Assembly (NCBI GenBank): GCA_036172245.1
Contig: JAYWIR010000001.1
Coordinates: forward strand, 5,952,001 to 6,016,000
Reading direction: 5' to 3'
From: Raillietiella orientalis
Lineage: Eukaryota
DNA length: 64,000 bases
Position 1 is the first letter of the stretch. Each line of letters starts with the position of its first letter. This document shows positions 39,701 to 51,332 of this stretch, piece after piece. The notes below the pieces were generated by a model that saw only the letters and a program-made list of their open reading frames with translations, ran no database searches and was not told where the DNA came from. The position numbers and the translations under genes were made by a program.

Positions 39701-42700
39701 GGAGAGTTCGACACCACAAGAGAAACCACTTCCGTGTCAAAGAGTTACTCTTGGTGACGAGACCAAACAACGCTCGAATCGTTACACGGAAAAATCACAG
39801 CAGGCAAACAAAAAAAAAAAAAAAGGAAGGGGGGGGAGAAGGTCCAGCACGGACACCGATTCAAGGTTAATAATATTTAGGCACTTGAAAGAATTCCGAG
39901 CCGTTATACCCCACGAAGGACACCATAGGGCACGTTTTTTACAGCGGAGGATTCCGGCGGCACCAATCATCGAAACCTAAACAAAGTAAGAGCACAAGTC
40001 CCAGTGGTTTGAAATGGGAACTGCTTGCAAAAGGGCAGCTGAAACCGTCTTCACGTCCCTTCGCTAGCCACGTCGTGTGGGAACGTCTACACGACACGGC
40101 GAACGAAGCTGCGAGGGGAGCCCAATTCAGATAGTAGCAAACGCATCTCGACTTTTGCTGATGGACGGGGGCAAAATGCACAATCCGGGGCAGCACTTTC
40201 GTAATACTTCCAGTAACTCGTATGCCGAAAGAATAAAAACATGAAACGCGGATACGGAATGCTTTCAGTAAGTGGGCGATGTTGCGAACAGCATCGATAC
40301 ACCTTGGAGCCTCCTGAGCAAAACTTACTGGAATTTGAAAAGAAAAGAAATAAGGCAATACCACGTATGCCCTCGAAATGTGCCCATCTGCTGTAGGTGG
40401 TAAAAGGAAATCCGAAGCGCTTCATGGAGATGAAGATGTTTTCGTAGCACCTGTGAGACGAACCGCTCGCTGAAAAGTCCGAATAACGAAGATGCATGCG
40501 TGGACAGGGATGCAGGAGGTGTTCTATGACGTTTCGGGGTGGGGGGAGGGGCGAGGTGGGGTGGAAGACGCGAAACGAAAAGGCAAGCGAAGTCCACCTG
40601 TCGAGAAAAGGCCGCACTCACGAACCGTCCATCCCTACGGGGCATCGTGGTCATGTATGTATCTCGCCTTTCGATTAGGCCATCCTTGAAATTCGGAATG
40701 CGCTCGGCGCAAGTTGTAAGCCATAAATTGAGTCACGTTGAGTGGCGCCAACCCGTACGGTGTTTTACATTGTAAAAAGGTGTGCACGGCTCACGAGCCA
40801 TCATGGGAAGTAAACAGAATCGTTCGCACTGCTGGGATTTCTTCGGAGCTTCCCGCGTCGGAGGAAGGGGAGAAAAAAAAAAAAAAAAAAGCCTCAGTGC
40901 CCGGAAAAGTCTCGCCCCATCTGTTGCTTGAAGACAACTCAAGTGACCGACATGCGGAAATTTGGACTCCACAACCCGCTGATTACACGAACGGGATGAA
41001 AACGATGGATGTGCCACGTACGTAGTCGCAGGAATGCGCAACACCCAATCCTCTTTACGTGCCTCCTCCCTTTCACAACAACAGCTCCCCTTCATCCCTC
41101 AATAGCAAACACATCCATTTCTGGCAACGTGAAAAGAGGATTCTTTTTGCCTTGGTGAGATCACGTCAGCAGTAAAGCGCACGCACACCTCCGCGAAAAA
41201 TCGAAATGGCTCGACCCAAGCTCAAAAGTTCCAACAGGATTTTTTTTTTTTTTTGAGAAAAATCGTTGACATGGTTTCCGGAGATGATGATAGGAGGCTG
41301 CAGGAAAGCATCTTGCCACGGGCTGCCGCGCGCTCCGCGCCTTTTTTGCACGCGGCGCGCCGCGTTTGGTGCTGCGGACGGAGGCGCGCCAGCAGCACCG
41401 AACGGTTCGCCCGGCCAGCAAGAAACACGGGAAGAGCACACAGCTCAGGGAGGCAAGGAAGACAGTAGCGGCACACTTCCCACTGCAATTCAGCTTCCCT
41501 GCTCTTCTCTGCAGGAGGAGAACAGCAGCAGCTTCCGCTTGGCGCCCCCAAACCAAACCCACTGCCGGGCAGGGAGGGCTGACACACACACACACTCATT
41601 TGTGCAGCCATCGCAAAGAAACTCAACGAAAGGACTGCAAGGACTGTATTTGCTTCTCGAAGTAAAATTGCTCGTGGAATTCGATTCACGGTGCACCCCG
41701 ATTTAAGAGTTCAGCACCTATAATGGTTTCGTTCTGACCTGTGTACGATTGACCGCTCGCTAGCAATTGCATGTGGTAAAATGAAATCAACTGTTAACCT
41801 GGTAGTACATGAAGTACGTTGTGATAAGTTTACCTGCTGCATGGTACTTGAAACTTGATTGATGCTACTGCATTTTCGGAAGCACCACGTACACACACAC
41901 ATTCGTCTTTACATAATGCCTTTTTTATCGATTCCAATAAGGTGCTTGCTGTCTTAATTGCTTGCCAATTTTAAACCACGAAATGAATTCACTATTTTTT
42001 ACCATGTACTATTTTCCAGGAATTCTCTCTGTTCACAGTACTCAGAAATGTTATCAACTGTCTCGAGCAACATACTAGACAACCTACACAGCTTACTGTG
42101 TGTGCTTACTGTAATGATATTTGAACCCACAGAGCTTGATTTAAGCACATCAAAAGCATTGTGCAAATGAATTACAATCATGAAGCCATCAGAAGACATT
42201 ACAATAATCGAAACACGGGAGATACGTACACTTTGAACCCTACCGATAGTTGAGTTCATGATTATTCTTGTTCTAGTAATTAACTATTAGCATTCAATCA
42301 ATTCCTATTACTTACAAAATGCACCATTGGGCGCATTGATAAGAGTGAAAATAATTTAAAACCCACACGCACACACACACACTGACAACTGATTTCACAG
42401 CCTTCATGCTTTCAACATGCATCATTGCAATGTGACTGTTTGCAGGATTGAAAAATTTGGTACAATTTTACTAGTTACACAAGGATCCTAAAGCCCTACC
42501 TGTCGATCTTGAGCAGTTTCTCCATATTGCAAAATAATCCTAGTATTAATGCAATGACTCCATGTATTTCCCAAGGCTGGTGTTACATCCCAGTGACTAT
42601 CATCCACCTTCCCCTAAAACCGAAATTGGTAGTCAAGCCAGAAATTTTGAGCTTATTGTGCACTGCATACACATGAACTTGTAGGGCCCAAACTGTGTAC

Positions 42701-43847
42701 AACTGGTGGCTTACTTATTACTTGATTTGTACCTACAATCTAAAGAGCAGTCAGAAATGAAAACTTTCAACATAAATATTACTGGGATATTAAGCCACTT
42801 TGCTAAAGCTTTCAATGTATGTGCTTCGTTAAGAAGATGCTGTGCAGAATGTATGTGATCTTTCAACAGGTGAACATCCATTTCTCTTCTCAAGAGAGAA
42901 GTTAAAGAATCAAGAATTATCAACCTGGTTTGTTTCTCAATCAAAAAACTTTCTAAACTAGCAATGCTGAAAAAAAGGTTATTCACTGATATGTTATGAG
43001 GGGACTCAACTCAATGGAACAAATCTTACAAACTATCTATCATGAAAAGTATTCTAAATGCTTGCATCTCTGATCACAATCAAAGCAAATAAAACACAAA
43101 AATTACAAATACTTACTAAGCTCGTAAACTTTCCATATTATTTGCCTGACAGACTAATATACTTTCACAAAGCTTTTTCAGTTGCTCATTTGTACTAAAC
43201 CATTGTGGAAATCGCAGTCCAGCTATCTCCACTAACCTAAATTAAAAGATGACACAAATGCAAGCTGTACATATTAGATAAGTACCTCCTGGCTGAGAAG
43301 CAAGCACCTGAATCTATGAATAATACACTGCCCCCTAGTCCTCCTTCTTTTTCAGGCAACATGGCACTTATGCAAAGCATAAGACAAAGTTGTGTTTTCC
43401 CTCCTCCTGAGGGACCAACAATTTCTGTGAGAGTACCAGCCATTATTCCTCCTTTTAAATGATCATCGACTGGCAAAAGAGTTGTTCGTACCATCAATTT
43501 TTTTTTTTTTTTCAAAGCAAGGGTCTAAAGTGTTATATTGGATATCATAAATTGCCATAGAAATCTGCAGCCTTCAAAAATTCTTACACTTACACTTGTG
43601 AATTTTGGTGCAATCAGGGCTGATACGCTGATCAAATTCTTCTTTATTTCTTGCAAAGTGTTCGGACATATCTTCAGTAAATCTGGGTAGGAACAAGTCA
43701 GTAGATCCTACGAAAATTAAATATGATGATACATGCCTCATATTGAATACATACTTCAATGTTATTTATACCAGATTTTTTCAACCTTTGCAAGAGCTTC
43801 TCATCTAAATGGCACAACTGCAAACCAAAGCTTTTTTCACTATTCAT
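30657..43847 (-). CDS. RAD51B: DNA repair protein RAD51 homolog 2 (RAD51B), predicted 9 coding exons, ~366 aa
   Basis: Exons (minus): 43847-43755, 43707-43594, 43524-43286, 43236-43117, 42966-42783, 42739-42671, 42613-42500, 34439-34361, 30745-30657; all GT-AG and phase-consistent. Motifs: LTEIVGPSGGGKTQLC (Walker A), GGLGGSVLFIDSGACFSARRLVEIA, LIILDSLTSLLRRE (Walker B), IVGTNQV, PALGNTWSHCINTRIILQY, LLVTKSPVA. These match RAD51B as recalled. The last exon is less certain. Confidence 0.9.
34361..34439 (-). CDS. RAD51B: RAD51B distal penultimate exon (LLVTKSPVAGSALFLCRIEPSGIEMS-G)
   Basis: Very strong acceptor (poly-T then gcag) and donor gtgagt; 79 nt, phase 0 to 1; aligns with the recalled human segment ILIAKSPLAPFTSFVYTIKEEGLVLQ that follows ...RRQ. 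Confidence 0.88.
37195..37290 (+). repeat. Dispersed repeat fragment, second copy at ~47560-47655
   Basis: 19-bp identity caccctatgaatccaggaa (37209-37227 and 47577-47595), followed by shared ggaggaa...gttcctctcacg...ggaggga...ccga. Confidence 0.7.
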
Positions 43848-45670
43848 GGATATTTCCCATTTCGCAGGTTTTCTACAGTTGAACTTTTTTCGAAAGTTGA
43901 GAGTGAAACACCGTCTCCTTTGCGATCAGCAAACACTTCGTTTAGACGAAAACAAAGTCATAATTGAAATAACAATCATAAGATGAAGTGGTCTGCAACT
44001 TTATGTGGACCTCCTAAATGCAGCATTCAACTTGGGTTTATCCGGTGGCACTTACCAACAGCTCCTGCAGCCACCATTTGAAACCTTTCGGGCTCCAACT
44101 CTCTTGGTAAGCACCAGCAGCGGATGAGTGGATCGTTTACACTGGGAAAAATAATTCGATATTTTGTTGAATGGTCAGTTTCCTTCAAGGCCTATTTTTC
44201 GAACAGCAAACCAGTAGGAAATCGTTGATCGATGACACGGGGAAAAGCGAGTGGGCCGCGTTGGTGACCTGTCGTTCTGTGAAAATGGGGCTCTGTATTT
44301 GTGGGCTGTGGCTTACACGGAAAAGATGGAACCAAAGGGAGGAACCAACTGAGAAAAATCCCTGTTGGTGAACCACACAGATTTTCAGAGCATCCCAGAA
44401 GGGTCTCAAGGTCCTCAATAAGTTGGGTAGTACGTTCATTGACCGCCTCTTAGTGCGTACGAACTCTCATTATATAATCAATTATTTTCTTCCTAATTGT
44501 ATGAAACTGGATGCACACTGAATAAGTGATGCTCGTTACTAAGTAATCTCCAGCAAGAATATTCTGGTTTGATCATTTGGTTTAGCTTAGTTATTTTCTC
44601 TAGTGTTGAAAAAAAAGATTTTTTTCAAGTTTCAAGGTCATACCTTGGCTACATTGGCGAACATGGTTAGGATGGTCAAGAACAGAAATAGCTTGCAAGA
44701 GGGCAAAAAAAAAGCGTTTTTTAAAGAAAAAAAGCAGCATTGAAAGGCCACGAAAGATTTCTGCAGTCTCTATGCTTCTTTTCCATTTCTTTCGATAGAG
44801 AAATACAAAAACAGAATGTTGAGAAACAGTGTTGTAAAAAAACAAGTAGTCTTTGTCTTCCAGAGGTTACCTCTGTGCAACCGCCTTACTGAACTGTTTC
44901 ACTAACACAAGATTTGTTTTACTTATTTGCTCAGAGATCTCTAAGCCATGAGAGGATTTGATATGAGCACCTTCCATCTTTAAAAACGAAGGATCACTTG
45001 ATAATTGCTCAAAAACGTTCGTTGTTCATCGCTACCAGTTTAAAGAAAGCAAACCTTGATTCCATAAGTGCAAGCTTATGACAAGAAATGTTTCCCATGT
45101 TTAATGGAATCGTAGATCACAGTGGTATTTAGTTCACTATGATCTTCAGAAGGTGCCAGCTCTTAGCTGTTTTGTATTACTTTGCTCTCACACACCATCA
45201 TGGCACATGCGTAAAATATAAAGATGAAAATAAAAGTGTAGACACAAATGTGCAATGCAGGCAGTAGAGTAATAAATTTTAATGAGCACTCTCCTGTTCT
45301 GTCGAAAAGAACAAACAGCGATTTAAGTCTTGTAGCTATTGCTACAAGACTACAGATGGTACAAGGTACAGATACAGCTCTGTCCGTGGTGTGCGACCGG
45401 AACACCGGGACATTTCTTGCAAAGACAAAGAACGTACAGTAAGAAAAGAGGAGAACAGACTCTCAAGACCACAGGGACATCTACTCGAGGGTCTAGTCGG
45501 GAAAAGGCTAGGATGCAGGGACAATGGAAATATAAAAAATAAAATAAAATTGTTCGAAAGGCAGCACGGGGAGAGGAGTGTCAGGATGTCCAAAGTTCCA
45601 CTCCTGAGACGTCCCACTAGGCGGCCGACATCCTTCCTGCCCTTCGCTTGCATCTGTCCGCAGGAGTCGG

Positions 45671-45954
45671 TTAGGCTTGGGTGTATCGTGGCCGTTGCCA
45701 GAAGCATGACCTTGCTGTCTTCCGCCTCAGGCATGCTACCACGACGCCGACCGCATAAACGCAGCAGAGTGTCGTCACTACTGCGGCTGTGGCGAGCCGA
45801 GCCCTCCAGGAAGAAACAGACGCTTCACTACGTCCGACGGAGTGTGGATAGAGGCTCGCGCGAGAGATCCGAAGCCTCGTCAGTCCGTTGACAAGGGAAC
45901 CGCGCTCCAGCAGATTCGTAGGATCGAAACTTTGGACAGCTCGGGAAGGAGCTC
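45671..45954 (-). other. Possible terminal exon encoding a single C-terminal transmembrane helix and short basic tail; gene unassigned
   Basis: ATG-less open frame (~127 codons, 46054-45671) ending ...RARLATAAVVTTLCCVYAVGVVVACLRRKTARSCFWQRPRYTQA*; possible acceptor cacgtag before 45954. Upstream exons not resolved. Confidence 0.3.
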
Positions 45955-48730
45955 CTACGTGCCCGCAGAGAATGGCATCGCTGAGCTCATGGGTGGTCCC
46001 GGTGAGACGGACGTCGCGTGCCGGAGGGTGAAGATTGGCCCAGAGATGCTCACTTTAGCTTACTGATGAAGGCGGCGACCTCCTCCGTCAAGAGGGACTC
46101 CTCCGTCCATGATAGCGTAAACAACGGCTAAGTAGCGTCACTGTCAGAAAAAGAAAAAAAATGAAGTTCGTTGGCCGATACTCCAAATGTTCTGCTGCTG
46201 TATCATCTCGCAAGATCAGCTCTGTGCCCATGGTGGATCGTTAATACGTCTGTGGTAACTGCGCGTGCCGAATTCAGCAGAGATCATGTGCTGATCCGCT
46301 CACGTGGTTTTAACCCGCCTTGATGTTTGTAAACGTGCGACGCTCGGAGGTTTCCCGGGAACCCGAAGAAGAGATCGAGTTGCCATCGATGTGGAAGATT
46401 CCTGGAGCGGAGAAGCACAGATGTCTTCTGCGATCCAACGTTTTCCCATAGAAGCCGGCGGCCGCTTGACAGAACTGCACGTCGATTCCAGAACCCTGTG
46501 AAGGCACTGTGACTTGCTCTTCTGAGGCACTACCCTGCCTTTCCAGCTGAACTGAAATCCTGGGAAACGGGATGCTTCCAGAACACAGCAATTTGCCCAT
46601 CTTCTCTCAGGTCGCAGCCTGAGGAAAGGTGCTGCCAATCTAATCGTCTGTCCTCCGGCGTGACACTGGGGAAGGGATGCCAAAAGTTTCGAGAGGAATG
46701 CGGAAACGGGTTCAGAAGCACTGAATGAAGTGAAGACTGGACCGCAGTTATCTTCTCACCACGTTCCCGGTGCAGCCGCACGCCGCGTCCCCTTCAGGCT
46801 CGGGCTAACCCGCTCGCAAGCGGCGGATGCTCCCGGGATCAGAATCCTTGCACTTGTAGCGTTTCGATTTTTGCAAGACACGCGTTCTCATGGAAAGATA
46901 TCCTTCCAGGAAACGGGTGTGCTTGGGGATGTGCTCTCGGTTTGGACCACGTGTCGATGCGACCAGTCTTCCTTCGAGATGGCCGCCGGGAAACGCTGGA
47001 TCAGGAGCCCTTCTCGCTCATGGAAGTCTTCTACATGGCGCTGCTATCGGCAATCGCAGTCTCCGCAGGAGATTCGGATCCGACGGCTGATCTTTCTGGA
47101 AGCGCAGAGACGGCTGCCTCGGGAACACCAAAGCAACTGCGGTTTCGTTGTAAAAACCCCGTACATTGCACGGCTGCAAACGAGACAAGAATGAGCCATC
47201 GGCGCTCCCGACATCGGCTCCGCGCTGCTGGTCCCCTACTGCCGCCCTCCCATAAACAAGCGCTTGCACAAGAGAAACGGGTGCCGAAACTTCTCGAGGA
47301 GGGGCATTTCTAATGAGCCCTCGCGGCAAGGGGCCAAGAGATAAAAACTGATATTCTTTATTGTTTCACTTAATTAGTTTTATTGACATGTACATCGCGA
47401 AAAGGATGGCCGATGTCTAAGACGCGCGATTGTATACAAAAATTGGAATGGATTCTTCATTGCGTTTTGTCAGATTTCCTTACGTCCGTGGGAAAGGCGG
47501 TTAAAATAACGTGATGAGAAAAGGTAACAGTTCTCATCAGTAACTCTTCGAGTTAGGAGGCACCCCTGGAGGGGGTCACCCTATGAATCCAGGAAGGGGC
47601 TCAGGAGGAAGGAGTCAGTTCCTCTCACGCTTGGGAGGGAATCCCGAAGGGAGCACCTCCACCCTGGTTGCCTTCGATTTCCACCCGGACGCGCCAGGGC
47701 GTTCAGTAAATCTTAAAAGAAACCCATGTATTGTGGTGGAACACGTGGTCCTACCACACTCAGTTTGTCCACGGACCTGACGGGTCGCCGGTGAGCAGAC
47801 CGGCAGGGCTCCCTTCGGAAGTGGATGGAGCTGGGAAAAAAGACAGAGAAAATAAAAAAAAAAGAGTAAAGAAAAATAAATGAAAATCTTTCGGAGGGTC
47901 GGGAAGGGATCACTGCCCGCTGGAGGGAGTCTGCATCCCTTCCAGGATGCCGGCAAGGTCTGTCCGAATAGGTCTCAGATGGGGCTATCCGGTACCGCCA
48001 TCCTCAGAAAGCGAGCGGAGAGCTGGATGACGTCCCTCTCGTTTCTTCCTCCTCCGTTGGAGTCGCTCCAGGCTGCCGCAATCCTGTGGATGCAACAAAG
48101 CGCTGCTGGGGTTGTGATTGGCTGCAGGGCAACCCGCACAAAGAGAAAAACGTTCCGGAAAGGGGGGGGAGGAGGAGGGATGCCAACCGGGATCCGGAGG
48201 GTCGTCCGCAAACGTCCCTCCCCATAGGGGCTGGAGGGCAACAGTCCACGAGTAGGTGTGGGAAGGATTCCCGTTCCCCGCACCTGCGACAGTCCGGGCC
48301 CTTCCTCCCCGGCGTCCAGTGGTATCGGCGGAATTCGCAGGGAAGACCCCGGTGAAACGGCAGAAGTGCCGACCTCTGCCACTTCAGAGGGAGGACAGCT
48401 GCTGTCCACGGACATCATCTGGGGCCACTTCAGGCGTACTCACGGAATACCGAGGCAGCTCGCCCTAGCGCTGTAGTCTCTGACCTGAAGGGAACCTCTT
48501 GTTCTCTCCTCTCCCAGAAGAGCGCCCAAGCAGCTTCAGTCTCCTTGCATTCAAACGCGACAAGAAAGAGCCATCGGCGCTCTCAATGTCGGCTCGATCC
48601 CATCCGTCCAAACACTCAAGAAGATCAGGAATTTTCTTCCCCGGTTTGGTCTCCTTTTGATGCTTGACCTCCGGTTGCGCCGGGGCGATCATTTCTATAA
48701 AATAAACTCACGAACCGTCACGTTACAAGT

Positions 48731-48744
48731 GTAACCATGGCAAC
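48731..48744. promoter_or_regulatory. RFX X-box motif
   Basis: GTAACCATGGCAAC matches the X-box consensus GTNRCC-AT-RGYAAC; ~40 bp upstream of the minus-strand ATG at 48692. Confidence 0.55.
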
Positions 48745-48819
48745 CACGCGGGCCGACGAGGTGGTTCGCCTCGGCAGCAGAAGGGGGACAAACAAAAATA
48801 AAGATAAACACAAAAACTG

Positions 48820-49170
48820 CAGTGGTTCCTCGGTACTCGACGGTGTCGGAACTCGTCAAACTCAGCACTCGTCGCATTTCGACAGGAAAAAAAAAAGAAA
48901 AGAAAGTTCCGACACTCTGCGCATGCTCGGAGCCCGACACACCCCACTCCCCTCATGACGAAACGACTGAACGTCTTCGTCTCGCGGCAGCTCGCGAACA
49001 CTGCCTATTACGAACACTCCCACGGAGTGCTTCCCGAATCGTTCCTTTTTTGTGTGCTTTCTGCGCACTGTCAGCGTTAATCAAGGTACGGTACTCGTCC
49101 GGTACTCGTCGGCTTCGGCACTCGTCACGAGTTCCGGAACGAATTGCCGACGAGTACCGAGGTACCACGG
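48820..49170. mobile_element. ~350-bp MITE, Tc1/mariner-pogo-like terminal inverted repeats
   Basis: Left cagtggttcctcggtactcgacgg (48820-48843) vs reverse complement of right end 49147-49170 (ccgtggtacctcggtactcgtcgg): 21/24 match. Internal repeated actcgtc motifs; no transposase ORF; TA target duplication only imperfectly preserved. Confidence 0.7.
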
Positions 49171-51332
49171 TGTATACAAAAGTTTGGAGGAATCGGGAAG
49201 GGGTTACAGATAGCTGGAGGGCGTCCTCTGCATCCTTTGCAGGATGCCGGAAAGTTCCTGTTTCAAGATCCCCAGATGGGGCCATCTTGACGCTACCCTC
49301 AGGAAGAGGACCGCCAAATAGATGGCGGCGTCCCTATCGTCCTGGCCTCCTCTGGCATTGCTCCATGCAGCCACGACCCTGCGTAGGCAGCAAAGTGCTG
49401 CCAGGGGTGCGGCCCGCCGGCGTGGGGGCGTCGCGCAGGACGAGGCGCTTCAGAACGTCCCCGGGGATAGGCAGGGGCGTTCCCACAGGGAGCGGAGGGC
49501 AACGCAATCCATGGGCAGGTGAGAGAGGGACTCCCTCTTTCTCCGCACCTGCTGCAGTTGCGGCTCGCACTCTCTCCCTATGGTCCAGCGACGTCGGCGG
49601 GCGTTGCACAAGAGACCCCGATGCAACAGCAAGATCGCCGACTTTTGCCTCCACTTTAGGGGGAGGGTCGCACTGTTTGTTCCAGCACGCTGGGGCCACT
49701 TCACTTCCTCCGGAGGAAATTGTAGCAGCTCTCCCCAGCGCTTGATGTCGGATGCTGCCGCAAAACCGTCAGTCTGTTGATGGTGTCGCCGATATTCCGG
49801 AAGAAAAAAACAGGTGGCCGTTGATTTGGATGGCTGCATGATCGACGGATGCTCATCAGCACTGATGGATTGCCGATGATAGATGGTCCACGAGAAGCAA
49901 CAACCTCATCTTATCATACGGATGCTCGCTTGGATCGAACCAGGCTTCTCACCGGAAGGCTGAAAGGAAGCGGAAGTTCTTCACCTGCAACCAATGTGCC
50001 GCCGTCCACTCATGCATCCATGCACGCATCGACAGGTCAAACATCCCCCGCAGACACCTCCACGGTGGTGGTGCTGGCGATTTGAATTTCCGAGCTGCAA
50101 CGAGCCAGTATCTCCGTTAGTCTGGAGCTCGCTGATGCCGGTACAATGCAAATCCAGGGAACCCGTCCTCCCTATCGACCAAGCAGCCAAGGAGGTGGGT
50201 CTCCTGCAACCCACAGTCCGCGTGGCAGCAAAGCCGGTCCGGGCCTCGGCCCCACTCGGATCGGGTGGCGGTGGCAGAAACGGCTCTTGTGCGGTTTTTC
50301 AACACGGACTCGCACCGTTGATGAAACCGCACATTGAGGTTATGCAATTGCCGGAACGCATCGCTGAGTGACGTCACTCTTCGGAAGGAGTTGAAAGCAT
50401 CGTCTCTGCTTGACAAACGAATTCCGCTAACATCTGTTTATTGCCAACACATTGAACTGGCTTTCCCTCATCTTCCGCTTACCCTCCGCGTTCAAGGGTA
50501 CCTATAATCAATCCTTAGTGCGACGGACCGGAAGTCCACTCCCATACAAAGCCTTCCTCCTGATCCCTAATCAGACGAAGAGTCCTCAATACTACAGTAT
50601 GCCATTGTGCCTTACATCATCCTGCTTCCTCGTGCCGTTTTGGCTATGTTTTTGACGTGCTCCGATGTTCAGCAGCAACGGCTGGCGCCCGGTGGGAGGA
50701 ACCTCCGAAGGGCTTGCAGCAGTTCCCACCGTCGTCGGCGTGGGCGGCAAGAGAAGCGCGGCAGCCCGAGGGGACTCCTCTGCGCGCGCGCGCGACCGCG
50801 GCAGCCACCGCCCAGCGAGGTGGACACGGGCTCGGCCCCATTTCGAACGTCGTGCGTGCGTTTCCGCAAGCGGTGGGCGCTCCTGCTTTTCGACTCGGTT
50901 TCCCGGCTCTTCCTCCTGCTCAAGAAGGGATTCATTCATTCAAGTAATTTTCATTTCCTTTACCCATACATACATACATTTCACTAAAAACAAAAAAAAA
51001 CACCACAGTACAACCTGAACTATTTGCTTCGTTTGCTTGTGTACTCACTTTAAGGCACAACAACAACAACCTCGGATTTTTCCTTGTTTACTTATTTGAA
51101 TATGCATTTGGCAGAGAAAGTTATTTTTTGTGTGTTTTTTACCGATCGATGTAATCGTATAATTACCCGATTATAAACACATATTCTATGAGTTCATGAC
51201 ATTTGCAACGCACGTTTTCCTTTCAAAGGCATGATTGCTATAAAAAAATAAAAAAAAAAATTCCTTTGCCAAATGCATATTTCAATAAGTAAACAAGGAA
51301 AAATCTGAGGTTGTTGTTGCGTCTTCAATACT

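Larger units (their letters stand above)
46560..49850 (-). pseudogene. Three diverged tandem copies of a ~0.7-0.8 kb coding-like unit (A ~46560-47330, B ~47910-48692, C ~49205-49850), disrupted by stops/frameshifts
   Basis: B/C nucleotide similarity over ~500 bp (gcatcccttccaggatgccggcaagg vs gcatcctttgcaggatgccggaaag; ctggggccacttca shared). A/B share gacaagaa.gagccatcggcgctc (47184ff, 48559ff). Conceptual peptides PLKWQRSALLPFHRGLPC vs PLKWRQKSAILLLHRGLLC, and an I.L...FLR motif in all three. Confidence 0.55.

Noticed and set aside
2700-41600. Numerous long ORFs (e.g. 3610-5235, 10788-12227, 16322-17758, 27163-28638, 35283-36992)
   Set aside because: Arg/Gly/Pro/Ala-rich, overlapping in several frames, crossing microsatellites and homopolymers, with no recognisable domains; expected from high GC.
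41560-41680. SKYSPCSPFVEF as the RAD51B KSP exon
   Set aside because: No good phase-0 acceptor; the exon at 34439-34361 fits far better in sequence, length and splice sites.
43960-44460. Small gene upstream of RAD51B (42-nt minus-strand intron-like 44075-44034)
   Set aside because: No recognisable protein in any frame; more likely 5'UTR or non-coding.
46055-49865. Hammerhead ribozyme cores (CTGATGA at ~46063, ~47540 minus, ~49858 minus)
   Set aside because: No correctly spaced GAAA or stems I/III.
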